A program made the position numbers and the translations under genes. The notes below the pieces were generated by a model. That model made no database searches and was not told where the DNA came from. It saw only the letters and a list, made by a program, of their open reading frames with translations. This document shows, piece by piece, positions 1-8,635 of a stretch of DNA of 64,000 nucleotides. Every line of letters starts with the position of its first letter. Positions within the stretch are counted from its first letter, which is position 1. Source of the DNA: an uncultured Gemmatimonadaceae bacterium (GTDB taxonomy: Bacteria > Gemmatimonadota > Gemmatimonadetes > Gemmatimonadales > Gemmatimonadaceae); the NCBI GenBank assembly GCA_963790305.1, contig CAWBOC010000005.1:448001-512000 (forward strand). Reading direction: 5' to 3'.

Positions 1-4
1 CGGC

Positions 5-388
5 GTGATCGAGCGCGCGATGGCGGCGGCAGCCACGATCGTGGTGCCGGTGGCACTCCGCACGCTGCCCTTCCGAACGACGCTGGCGATCTGCGACGCA
101 TGGCCGAGGACGCCGGGTGCGCGCGCCAGCGCCCCGGCACTCGCCCGCCGAGTGGATCGGTGGCTGGCGCGCGGCCCTTTTCTGTGGCGCTCCACGTGCC
201 TTACGAGGACCATGGTGCTCTACACCATGCTCCGGCAACATGGCTACCGGCCTCGCGTGCACATCGGGGCGGCCGGCACGGCAGGCCATTTCCGCGCCCA
301 CGCCTGGATATCGTTAGGTGGGGTGCCACTGGCCGAGTTCGAGAGGTCTCCCGACGTGTACGGCGAACTACTCGTGCACGATGCGTAG
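5..388 (+). CDS. Lasso peptide biosynthesis B2 protein (transglutaminase-like leader peptidase); may be 5'-truncated
   Basis: Motifs 'TCLTRTMVLYTML...RVHIG...FRAHAW' match the Cys/His core of lasso B2 peptidases. Confidence 0.8.
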   Translation: MIERAMAAAATIVVPVALRTLPFRTTLAICDAWPRTPGARASAPALARRVDRWLARGPFLWRSTCLTRTMVLYTMLRQHGYRPRVHIGAAGTAGHFRAHAWISLGGVPLAEFERSPDVYGELLVHDA

Positions 389-1403
389 CGGCGCTCCGTA
401 TGACCTCATGGTGGCCGTGCTTGCCGGCGAGACGCCGGCAGCCTGCGTGGTCGACCGCGCGTTCGCCGCGTCGCCCGGCTTCTGGAAGCGCGCCCTGGCG
501 CTCGAGGCGTGTGCCGTTCAGTTCGATCGCGCGCTTCGCGCGTCCGGCCTGGCGGACATGGCACCTGCACCGTTGCGTCAGCTACTGCGCGACGCCACCG
601 CACGAGCCGTGAGACACACTTTCCCGCTGCCCGGCCAAATGGCTGAGCTGGCGGACGCGGCGCGCGAGTTAGGCATCCGGATCATGATACTCAAGGGCGC
701 GGCGCGACTTCTGGATGCAGGGGTGTCGGGAGCGCGCTCCATGTCGGACATCGACGTGCTCGCAGCTCCGGCTGACGCCGCGCGTTTGCACCATGTCCTG
801 CGACACCGTTGGGGCTACGAGCCCATGTCGGCTTCCCCGGAGCACCACCTGCCGACACTGATGCGCGCCGGTGCGCTCCCGATTGAGGTTCACATCCAGT
901 TGGGGCCTCGTCGCACCAGGCTCGACGCGAGAATCTGGCGCGACGCGCGTACTGTGATGGGAACCGATTTCATGGTGCCCTCGGCGACGGCCGCCTTGTT
1001 GCACGCGGTGGAGCATGGGGCACTCGTTCACTGGGCGGTGCGCTATCGGCTGCGTGATCTCCTCGATGTCGCGGAGGCGTGGAGTGGGGACGTCGATCGC
1101 GAGGAGGTCGCCCGCTACCTCGACCGCCACCCGCAGCGCGTTGCGCTTTCGACAATGCTCGGGGGAGCGCGCCGGTTCGCGGCAGGCATTCCCATTGGCC
1201 GCCACTTGGCGTGGCGTACCGTGCGCCGGGTGGCGCGCGCTCGGCACCTGGTCGCGGCCTACGTCACGGATGGGGCGTACGCAACGTCGTTATGCATCGC
1301 GGGCGGCGTGCTGGCCGAGGCATCGCCCCGGGCGCTGCTTCGCCCGGCCCAGCTCGCGATCTTTGGCGTCAAGCAGGCACGCGTTGCCCCGGCGCCGTCA
1401 TGA
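381..1403 (+). CDS. Nucleotidyltransferase family protein (NTP_transf_5 type, common in lasso clusters)
   Basis: 'ILKGAA...ARSMSDIDVL...IEVH' motifs; ATG at 381 overlaps the end of B2. Confidence 0.75.
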   Translation: MRSGAPYDLMVAVLAGETPAACVVDRAFAASPGFWKRALALEACAVQFDRALRASGLADMAPAPLRQLLRDATARAVRHTFPLPGQMAELADAARELGIRIMILKGAARLLDAGVSGARSMSDIDVLAAPADAARLHHVLRHRWGYEPMSASPEHHLPTLMRAGALPIEVHIQLGPRRTRLDARIWRDARTVMGTDFMVPSATAALLHAVEHGALVHWAVRYRLRDLLDVAEAWSGDVDREEVARYLDRHPQRVALSTMLGGARRFAAGIPIGRHLAWRTVRRVARARHLVAAYVTDGAYATSLCIAGGVLAEASPRALLRPAQLAIFGVKQARVAPAPS

Positions 1404-1499
1404 GAAGGACATCCTGCGCCGCGTAACGGTTGGCTGCTGCGAAAGTGCGCGAAAATCAGTATCGTTAAGCGCACCGCCACGCCTCCTCGAGACCAGCGC

Positions 1500-2135
1500 A
1501 TGACCATCGGCTACTCCGATCGCATCAATCACGCACTCGCGTACGCCACGAAGCATCACGACCAGCAGGTCCGGCGAGGCACACGGTCTCCCTACCTGAC
1601 CCGTCACGCGAACGTCGCGGTCATCCTCGCACGCTACGGTGGGGACGAGGATACGGTGGTCGCCGGCATCCTGCATGACGTCGTCGGCAATGGCGCGCGG
1701 GCGGGAGTGACGCGCGAGTCACTGATCGGCCGCGTGGGCGAAAAATTCGGCGGGGATGCGCTCGATCTGGCGCTCGCCGTGTCGGAACGGCGGGTTGATG
1801 AGGACGGAGTCGAGCTGTCCGCGGACGAGCGTCGCGAGGACCTGCTCGAACGTCTCGCCAACGCACCGGAGCGTGCACGCTGGGTGGTGGCGGCCGATAC
1901 ACTCCACGAAGCAGGAACGCTCCTCGCCGAGCTGCGACGCACCGAGTTTCCCGAGTCTGTGTGGGGTCGCGGACCCCGCGATCAGGGGCTGGAATGGCTC
2001 CGGAGGGTCTACGACCGGCTTACCGAAGTCGGCTTTTCGGCGCCGATCATGACTGAGCTGCGGGCCCTGGTCGAAGAGCTCGACCGCCACTGGCGCGCGG
2101 TGGCGCAGGCGCCAGCCGGGGGGAAACAGGGCTAG
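1500..2135 (+). CDS. HD-domain protein, small alarmone hydrolase (Mesh1/SpoT-HD)-like, degenerate
   Basis: '[18 protein letters not shown]', 'VAGILHDVV', 'FG..AL..A.AVSE' pattern. Confidence 0.7.
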   Translation: MTIGYSDRINHALAYATKHHDQQVRRGTRSPYLTRHANVAVILARYGGDEDTVVAGILHDVVGNGARAGVTRESLIGRVGEKFGGDALDLALAVSERRVDEDGVELSADERREDLLERLANAPERARWVVAADTLHEAGTLLAELRRTEFPESVWGRGPRDQGLEWLRRVYDRLTEVGFSAPIMTELRALVEELDRHWRAVAQAPAGGKQG

Positions 2136-3379
2136 GCTGGGGTCCCCGCGCGGTCGGTGGCGTTCGGCGCCGGGTATCGTGTCGCGACGTAGCTCTCCAG
2201 AATCACCAGGAACTCTTCGACGATCCGGTCCCCGCGCAACGTCGTGACCAGCTTGCCGTCGACGTAGACCGGCGCCTTCGGTTCCTCGAACGTGCCAGGG
2301 AGCGAGATGCCAATGTTGGCGTGCTTGCTTTCCCCGGGCCCATTCACGACGCATCCCATCACGGCGACCTTCATCTCCTCGACCCCCGGGCGAACCTGTC
2401 GCCACTGGGGCATCCGCTCCCGCAAATAGACCTGAATGTCTTCGGCCATCTGCTGAAAGAAGGTGGACGTCGTTCGTCCGCATCCGGGGCACGCGGTCAC
2501 CTGAGGCGTGAAGTGCTGCAACTGCAACGACTGGAGGATCTGCTGGGCGACGAGAACCTCCTCAGTGCGATCTCCGTTTGGCCGCGGAGTCAGCGAGACA
2601 CGAATGGTGTCGCCAATCCCTTCGGCGAGAAGCATTGAAAGGCCGGCCGTGGTGGCGACGATGCCTTTCACGCCGAGCCCGGCCTCGGTGAGACCCAGGT
2701 GGAGCGGGTAGTCACAGCGGAGCGCGAGACGACGGTAGACGGCAACGAGGTCAGGGACGCCGGACACCTTCGCCGACAGGATGATACGGTCATGTCCCAG
2801 CCCGGTTTGCTCGGCGAGCTCGGCCGAGCGCAGCGCGCTCTCGAGCATCGCCTCGATGTAGACGTCCTTGGCGTCCAGCGGCTCGGCTCGCAAGGCGTTG
2901 GCGTCCATCAGCTGGGTCAGGAGATCCTGGTCCAGGGACCCCCAGTTCACACCGATGCGGACCGGCTTTCCGTGATCGATGGCCACCTGCACGATCGTTC
3001 GGAAGTGCTCGTCCCGGCGCTTGCCCCCGACGTTACCGGGGTTTATCCGGTACTTGTCGAGGGCCCGGGCACACGCCGGAAAGCGGGTGAGCAGAAGGTG
3101 ACCGTTGTAATGAAAATCCCCAATGACGGGCGCGTCGGATCCCTCCCCCCGGATGCGGTCGACAATCTCTGGGACGGCGGCGGCGGCCTCGTCGTTATTG
3201 ACCGTAATCCTGACGAGCCGGGAGCCCGCTCGGGCCAGCTCGAGGATCTGCCCCGCGGTGGAGGCCGCGTCCGCCGTGTCGGTGTTCGTCATCGACTGCA
3301 CGACCACGGGGTGTGAAGACCCGATGGCCACGTTGCCGACGTGGGTGGTGACGGTCTGTCTGCGAGGGGCGAAAGACAC
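2132..3379 (-). CDS. ispG: 4-hydroxy-3-methylbut-2-enyl diphosphate synthase
   Basis: 'VQSMTNTDT', 'RINPGN', 'RIGVNWGSL', 'HLGLTEAG', 'CPGCGRT', '[10 protein letters not shown]'; probable GTG start at 3379. Confidence 0.95.
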   Translation of the reverse strand: MSFAPRRQTVTTHVGNVAIGSSHPVVVQSMTNTDTADAASTAGQILELARAGSRLVRITVNNDEAAAAVPEIVDRIRGEGSDAPVIGDFHYNGHLLLTRFPACARALDKYRINPGNVGGKRRDEHFRTIVQVAIDHGKPVRIGVNWGSLDQDLLTQLMDANALRAEPLDAKDVYIEAMLESALRSAELAEQTGLGHDRIILSAKVSGVPDLVAVYRRLALRCDYPLHLGLTEAGLGVKGIVATTAGLSMLLAEGIGDTIRVSLTPRPNGDRTEEVLVAQQILQSLQLQHFTPQVTACPGCGRTTSTFFQQMAEDIQVYLRERMPQWRQVRPGVEEMKVAVMGCVVNGPGESKHANIGISLPGTFEEPKAPVYVDGKLVTTLRGDRIVEEFLVILESYVATRYPAPNATDRAGTPA

Positions 3380-3456
3380 TAGTGTAGTGAGTCGAGATTC
3401 CGAGGCGCGGGGAGCGCGCGCTCGAGGAAAACTACTCTTCCCTCGTACCCCGAACC

Positions 3457-3912
3457 ATGGCCAATGACATCGAGCAGCCGCCGCGAGGCTACAACACGGA
3501 AGACGTGAAGGCGGTGGCGGAACCGGAGCCTCCCCCGCCCACGCGTCGTCGCTCCCGGTGGAAGCTGTTTGTGGTGGCGCTCGTTCTTGTCCCGCTCCTG
3601 GCTTTCGCACTGTGGACGTGGGTCGCGCTCACTTGGTCCTACTCTGACGGATACCGGCCGGGGTTTGTCCAAAAAATCTCGCGCAAGGGATGGCTGTGCA
3701 AAACGTGGGAGGGAGAGCTGGCGCAGTCCGCCGTGCCTGGGTCCATGCCCAGTGTGTTCCACTTCAGCGTTCGTGACGATTCCGTTGCCCGGCAGATCGA
3801 CGCCCTCTCCGGAAAGCGGGTGTCGCTGCACTACGAGGAGCACCGCGGCATCCCGACCTCCTGTTTTGGCGAGACCAACTACTTCGTAACGGGCGTTCGC
3901 GTGCTCGACTAG
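3457..3912 (+). CDS. Conserved single-TM hypothetical protein
   Basis: TM helix followed by '[27 protein letters not shown]...GETNYFV'. Confidence 0.75.
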   Translation: MANDIEQPPRGYNTEDVKAVAEPEPPPPTRRRSRWKLFVVALVLVPLLAFALWTWVALTWSYSDGYRPGFVQKISRKGWLCKTWEGELAQSAVPGSMPSVFHFSVRDDSVARQIDALSGKRVSLHYEEHRGIPTSCFGETNYFVTGVRVLD

Positions 3913-3965
3913 CTGGACAGCATGAAGCTTGCACTGCTGTCCGGTCCTAAACGGAGGTGGACGCA

Positions 3966-4487
3966 ATGGACAGAGGCATGGATTTCCTGCGCAGCCAGAT
4001 CAACAACGCGGTCATGCAGCATCAGACTTTCCTCGAGTCGCTCGTGGATCATGAGCGCGAGGCGAAGGATGCACGATTCCGCGACCTGTGCAGCCGACAT
4101 ATCCCAATGATGCGTGAGCATCAGCGGATGCTCGAGCAGTATCAGCAACAGCTCGGCGCCCAGTCCGGCGTCGGGAAGAAGATGCTCGGAAAGGCGCTCG
4201 GTATCGCCAAGGACCTGGCCGACGTCGCGCGCGAGAGCGACTTCCTGCGCCTCGTGCAGGACATCGTCATGGCGCGTCAGTCGGAGGACACGTTCAAGAC
4301 GTTCCGTGAGGCGGGCAGGGAGCTCGGCAACGAACAGCTCCGGCAGATTGGCGACACGGGCGAGCGTCACCACGACGAGTACGTGAAGGAAGCGAACCGT
4401 CTCTGCGCGCAGCTGTTCGTCGAGCACGTGCGCGGCGAGGGCGCGGTCGCGGCGACGGCGGAGACCCGAACGACTCCCGGCGTCTGA
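3966..4487 (+). CDS. Ferritin-like four-helix-bundle protein (inferred)
   Basis: Helical, with E/H motifs (HQRMLE, HHDEY); GGAGG RBS upstream; start could also be 3957. Confidence 0.6.
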   Translation: MDRGMDFLRSQINNAVMQHQTFLESLVDHEREAKDARFRDLCSRHIPMMREHQRMLEQYQQQLGAQSGVGKKMLGKALGIAKDLADVARESDFLRLVQDIVMARQSEDTFKTFREAGRELGNEQLRQIGDTGERHHDEYVKEANRLCAQLFVEHVRGEGAVAATAETRTTPGV

Positions 4488-4512
4488 CCCCTTGTGCCTG
4501 GGTGGGCAGGTA

Positions 4513-4540
4513 TTGCCCAACGTGCGAAACTTGATATATT
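4513..4540 (+). promoter_or_regulatory. Putative sigma70 promoter of the cold-shock gene
   Basis: TTGCCC-N16-TATATT with extended -10 TGn. Confidence 0.5.
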
Positions 4541-4565
4541 CGGGTCCGGCGACACCCGAATAGAC

Positions 4566-4597
4566 GACCCGGGCGACATTCGCCCGGGTCTTTTATT
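4566..4597 (+). terminator. Intrinsic-terminator-like hairpin
   Basis: GACCCGGGCGA-cat-TCGCCCGGGTC (11-bp stem) followed by TTTTATT. Confidence 0.75.
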
Positions 4598-4694
4598 TGG
4601 TTCGCTGCCTAACGCGGGGGGTCTTGGGGTCCCGCACGTCACACATTTGTCAGGGCGGCACAGTCCGTCCGACAAAACATCTCAGGAGCAGGGC

Positions 4695-4907
4695 ATGCGT
4701 ACGACCGGCAAGGTGAAGTGGTTCAACGACGCGAAGGGGTTCGGATTCATCACCCCGGACAACGGCCAGAAGGACTGTTTCGTGCACTTCAGCGCGATCG
4801 AGGGAAAGGGCTTCAAGTCGCTCGCTGAAGGCGACGCCGTTGAGTTCGACATCGTCGAGGGGCAGAAGGGGCCCGCGGCGGAGAAGGTGAGGAAGATTGG
4901 CGCCTGA
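4695..4907 (+). CDS. cspA: Cold-shock protein
   Basis: '[15 protein letters not shown]...FVHFSAI...GQKGPAA'; AGGAG RBS. Confidence 0.95.
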   Translation: MRTTGKVKWFNDAKGFGFITPDNGQKDCFVHFSAIEGKGFKSLAEGDAVEFDIVEGQKGPAAEKVRKIGA

Positions 4908-4930
4908 CGCGTCGCACCGCGCCGCCAGGG

Positions 4931-4957
4931 ACGGGGCACCCAGTGGGTGCCCCGTTT
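4931..4957 (+). terminator. Terminator hairpin after csp
   Basis: ACGGGGCACCC-agt-GGGTGCCCCGT-TT. Confidence 0.6.
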
Positions 4958-5077
4958 GGCATCTGGAGGGCCTGACCTAACGGTGACTCTTCTGGGGATT
5001 GCGGTGGTCCTCGTCATGCCCAATACTAGGGCAACATCTCGAAGCGTTGCGGTTCGCAGTGGCAGCAGGAGGCCCCC

Positions 5078-5752
5078 ATGTATCGCTCGTCGCTCGTGCT
5101 CGTAGTCACCGTGGTCGCGCTCGCCGGATGCGCTACCATGGGACGGCAGGTCGAAACGGACTCCGGTGACCTGGCGACGGACCTCGAACAGGCGCGACAA
5201 GACACCGTTCGGGCGCGGGCGGCGTACGACACGGTGATCGGACAGCGCCGAGCGGTCAATGCGCGCACCGTCGCGTTCGAGGACAGCCTCAGGCGTGCGC
5301 GTGAGGCGGCACTGGCCGCCGCGGCAGCGGCACGTGATTCCGCGCAGCGAGTGGCCGCCGCCACCGTCACCACGCCCGAGCCCGGCGGTGGTGAGCGAGC
5401 GCTGTCGGACGCCGAGGTCCGCGTCATGTCACAGCAGCTCTACTTCTCGACGAACAGCGCGCACCTCACGAACGCGGCGCGCGCGCTGTTACGCGAGAAG
5501 GCGGCCATCCTGGCTCGCAACCCTGCCCTCACCCTTACCCTCACCGGCCACGCCGACGCTCGGGGCGCAGCCGACTACAACCAGCGACTGAGCGAGCGAC
5601 GAGCGGCGGCGGTGCAGCGCTTCCTCGTCGAGCTCGGGATCGAGGCCCAGCGTCTCACCAGCGAAGGTCGAGGCGAAGAGGCACCGGCGATCGAAGGATC
5701 TGGCGAGCGGGTATGGCAGCGTAATCGGCGGGTCGAGTTCATGATCTCCTGA
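5078..5752 (+). CDS. OmpA/Pal-like peptidoglycan-binding lipoprotein with coiled coil
   Basis: Lipobox LAGC; 'GHADARG..YNQRLSERRA...RNRRVE'. Confidence 0.9.
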   Translation: MYRSSLVLVVTVVALAGCATMGRQVETDSGDLATDLEQARQDTVRARAAYDTVIGQRRAVNARTVAFEDSLRRAREAALAAAAAARDSAQRVAAATVTTPEPGGGERALSDAEVRVMSQQLYFSTNSAHLTNAARALLREKAAILARNPALTLTLTGHADARGAADYNQRLSERRAAAVQRFLVELGIEAQRLTSEGRGEEAPAIEGSGERVWQRNRRVEFMIS

Positions 5753-6046
5753 CCGACGTCACCCCTGTCATGACGGGCGTGGTCGCTTGCGACCGCGCCC
5801 GTTTTGCATCCGGGCATTGGAGATGATCCGGGCCGCACGCATCCGCTGACGTCTTTCTGACGGATTTCGACATCGTGCCGGGGTCGCGCACAGAGTCTCG
5901 TGGCGCAGCTGGCACGGGACTTCAAAGCGGTGACTGGACAGAACCGCACGAGGCGCGGCTCACGACGGTGGAGCGATGGAGCCGCCGCGTGACCCCAATG
6001 GCGCGCGTCGCCATCACACTCCATTGAACCATACATGGAGGTTCAC

Positions 6047-6238
6047 ATGCAACCGATCACATCGCTCGGCGTTGCCGAGCTGACGCAGGATGAGCTGGTG
6101 GCGGTCGCGGGCGGAAGTGACGCGTGTTGGTGCAGCGGCCTCGCGAGCAAGCTGGGCTACGCAATCGGCTACGCACTCGGCGAGCTGGTCGACGCGCTGG
6201 TGAGCCCAGAGGATAACAACTCCTTCCTGGGCAAGTAG
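6047..6238 (+). CDS. Double-glycine leader precursor peptide 1 (bacteriocin-like)
   Basis: GGAGG RBS; leader ends 'ELTQDELVAVAGG'; 40-aa core SDACWC...FLGK with GxxxG repeats. Confidence 0.85.
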   Translation: MQPITSLGVAELTQDELVAVAGGSDACWCSGLASKLGYAIGYALGELVDALVSPEDNNSFLGK

Positions 6239-6289
6239 CCGGATCGAGGATGCACCATCACAAACTTCCCACCTGCGAGGAACACCACC

Positions 6290-6490
6290 ATGCTCGATAC
6301 CCACATGCTTGCCGTCGACGGCGAGCACATCACCCTGCTCGATGAGCAGACACTGGCCTCCATCGTTGGAGGCGATGGCATCAGGGATTGGCTGGCCAAG
6401 AAAGTCGGAGAGCTGCTCTTCGACTGCCTGGCCGGAAGTCTCGACACGATCATTTCCGCCGCTGAAGAAGGGTATGGCGACGCGCGCTGA
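6290..6490 (+). CDS. Double-glycine leader precursor peptide 2 (bacteriocin-like)
   Basis: GAGGA RBS; leader ends 'LDEQTLASIVGG'; 38-aa core DGIRDW...GYGDAR. Confidence 0.85.
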   Translation: MLDTHMLAVDGEHITLLDEQTLASIVGGDGIRDWLAKKVGELLFDCLAGSLDTIISAAEEGYGDAR

Positions 6491-6571
6491 AGCCCGCGCG
6501 CACCGTGTCCGGCGCGCCAGGCGCGCGCCGGACCGGGTGCGTACCCCCGTGGCGGCAGGCGAGCGCTCTGA

Positions 6572-7441
6572 ATGGCACGGCGGCTTCGGAGAGGAGGGCG
6601 AGTCCGGTCGCTCCTGAGTGCCGTGTTCTCCATTGCGTGGACCTATGCGTGGATGGTTCCTGTCGTCGCCGCGCTCAAGATGGATGCGGTTGAGGCGATC
6701 GCGGTCCTGGTGGGCACAGTCGCTCTCTTCGTTGGCCTCTGCGTCATTCGCCCACTGAGAGCAAACCCGCGGGCCGCGGCGCTTCTCCGCTTGCGCTCCT
6801 GTCGTGTCTACCTCCCGGCGTTGACGCTTGCGACCGCCATGAAGCTGCTTCTCATGCTTTCCACGCTTGCCCTACACGAGCAACTCGCCGCGCGTCGCCT
6901 GTTGCCGAAAATGCCGGATGACGGGGACGTCATTACGGCCGAGCTCCTGGCGCAGCCGTTAGGTCAGGTCGCGCTATTCCTCGGAATCGTGGTGATGGCT
7001 CCATTGATCGAGGAGTTTGGCTTCCGCGGTCGTGTGCAGCACACCCTCGAGCACGCATTCGGCGTGGTTCCGGCCATCGCGGCGAGCGCTGTGCTGTTCA
7101 GCGCGCTTCATGGAAGGATCAATGCGGCGCACCATCTTGCCTTCGGCGTCTTCGCTGGATGGGTGGTGTGGCGAACCGGGTCCATCTGGTCGGCCGTGTA
7201 CATGCACGCGCTCAACAACGCCGCCGCCCAGCTCCTGCTGCACCTCACGACCATCTCGGCTGCTGACTGGAGCGACAAAACCGCCGGGCTCGGGCCGTAC
7301 GCGATCGTCGCCGCGCTCGTCGGCCTCAGCGGGCTGGTCGCCGCGGGCGCCCGCATCCACCGCACAGCTCGAGCAGAAGGGCGCGGCGGCCACAACGGGA
7401 GAACCCGGTCGGCGCGAATGGCGGTTTCGCCGGTGGCGTGA
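6572..7441 (+). CDS. CPBP/Abi (CAAX-type) intramembrane protease, putative immunity protein
   Basis: 'EEFGFRG', 'FSALH', 'HALNN' motifs; multiple TM helices. Confidence 0.9.
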   Translation: MARRLRRGGRVRSLLSAVFSIAWTYAWMVPVVAALKMDAVEAIAVLVGTVALFVGLCVIRPLRANPRAAALLRLRSCRVYLPALTLATAMKLLLMLSTLALHEQLAARRLLPKMPDDGDVITAELLAQPLGQVALFLGIVVMAPLIEEFGFRGRVQHTLEHAFGVVPAIAASAVLFSALHGRINAAHHLAFGVFAGWVVWRTGSIWSAVYMHALNNAAAQLLLHLTTISAADWSDKTAGLGPYAIVAALVGLSGLVAAGARIHRTARAEGRGGHNGRTRSARMAVSPVA

Positions 7442-7444
7442 GCC

Positions 7445-8635
7445 GTGAGCCGTGAGGCAATGGTTCCCGCTCCGCTCGTCGAGGATTGCGTCGAGGTTCA
7501 CCTCGCGCGACATGCCCCGACTGGTCGCGCGCTGTACCTGACGATCCTGGCGACGACAACCGCCGCGGCCATGGCCATGCCCATCGTACAGGTGCCGGTG
7601 ACGGTGCAGGCCAACGGCGTGATCCGTCCGGTCATTGAGCGCCAGGATGCCCGGGTCGCAGAAAGCGGCATCGTTCACATCGTATACGCGCGCGACGGCG
7701 ACAGGGTTCGGGCCGGCGACACCCTGATCGCGCTCAATGCCCGCACCGTCAGGATTCGCCTCGCCGCGTCCGATGCAATCGCGCACGCGCGGGAAACCGA
7801 GCTCGCTGATCTCGAGCAGCTCCTCAATGCGGGAGATTCACTCGTCTCGTGGCAGAGCCTCGCGACGCCGCACCGCCGACAGCAGTCTCGTGAGCATGCG
7901 GCGATCATGACGGAGCTCGAGGCTCGAGCGAGGGCGGAGGGCCGGGAAGCCGACCGCTTGCGTACACTCCTGGTCGGGGGCTTCGTCGCGCCCGAGCAGC
8001 TCGAGAGACAGGATGCGGCTCGCCGCACCGCACAGGCAGCGGTGCGCGAGCACGTCGAGCGGATGCGGTCGAACTGGTCTGACGCACGCGCCCGAATCGC
8101 CAATGATCTCCGCCGCCTCGACAGCGAGCGCGCCAATGCGGGAGAAGCGCTCGCGCGGCGTGTCGTAATCGCCCCGGTCGATGGAACGCTCGAAATGGCT
8201 GCCTCTCTCTCGCCAGGGAGCGTGCTGCAGCAGGGCGAGCGCGTCGCCACCATCTCGCCGAACACCGATCTGGTTGGCGAAGCGCTACTGACGGCGCGCG
8301 ACATTGCGCTCGTGCGACGCGGGACTCCAGTGCGCCTCATGATCGACGCACTCAACTACCGTGACTGGGGCGTGGTGGACGCGACGGTGATCGATGTCGC
8401 CGACGACGCGTCTCTGAGCGCCGAGCAGCCTGTGTTTCGGGTGCGCTGCCAGCTTTCGCGCCATGACTTGCGCCTTCGCGACGGACACCGCGTCGCCCTG
8501 GGCAAGGGACTCACATTTCGCGCGCGATTCGTCATCGCCGAGCGCTCATTGTTACAGCTGCTGTTCGATGATGTCGATGACTGGCTGAATCCAGCGCGGG
8601 GCCGGCCGGTCCCGGCGGCAACCGTTAGGCTGTGA
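7445..8635 (+). CDS. HlyD-family membrane fusion protein
   Basis: N-terminal TM, 'GIV..V..RDGDRVRAGDTL', coiled coil, 'IAPVDG', 'DALNYRDWG'. Confidence 0.9.
   Translation: MSREAMVPAPLVEDCVEVHLARHAPTGRALYLTILATTTAAAMAMPIVQVPVTVQANGVIRPVIERQDARVAESGIVHIVYARDGDRVRAGDTLIALNARTVRIRLAASDAIAHARETELADLEQLLNAGDSLVSWQSLATPHRRQQSREHAAIMTELEARARAEGREADRLRTLLVGGFVAPEQLERQDAARRTAQAAVREHVERMRSNWSDARARIANDLRRLDSERANAGEALARRVVIAPVDGTLEMAASLSPGSVLQQGERVATISPNTDLVGEALLTARDIALVRRGTPVRLMIDALNYRDWGVVDATVIDVADDASLSAEQPVFRVRCQLSRHDLRLRDGHRVALGKGLTFRARFVIAERSLLQLLFDDVDDWLNPARGRPVPAATVRL

Noticed and set aside
3917..3933. Sigma54 site upstream of the ferritin-like gene (also 35011-35026)
   Set aside because: The -12 TTGC is present but the invariant -24 GG is missing.
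5078..5752. OmpA lipoprotein as part of the peptide export cluster
   Set aside because: Separated by about 290 bp and not a TolC-type channel; nothing in the sequence links them beyond adjacency.
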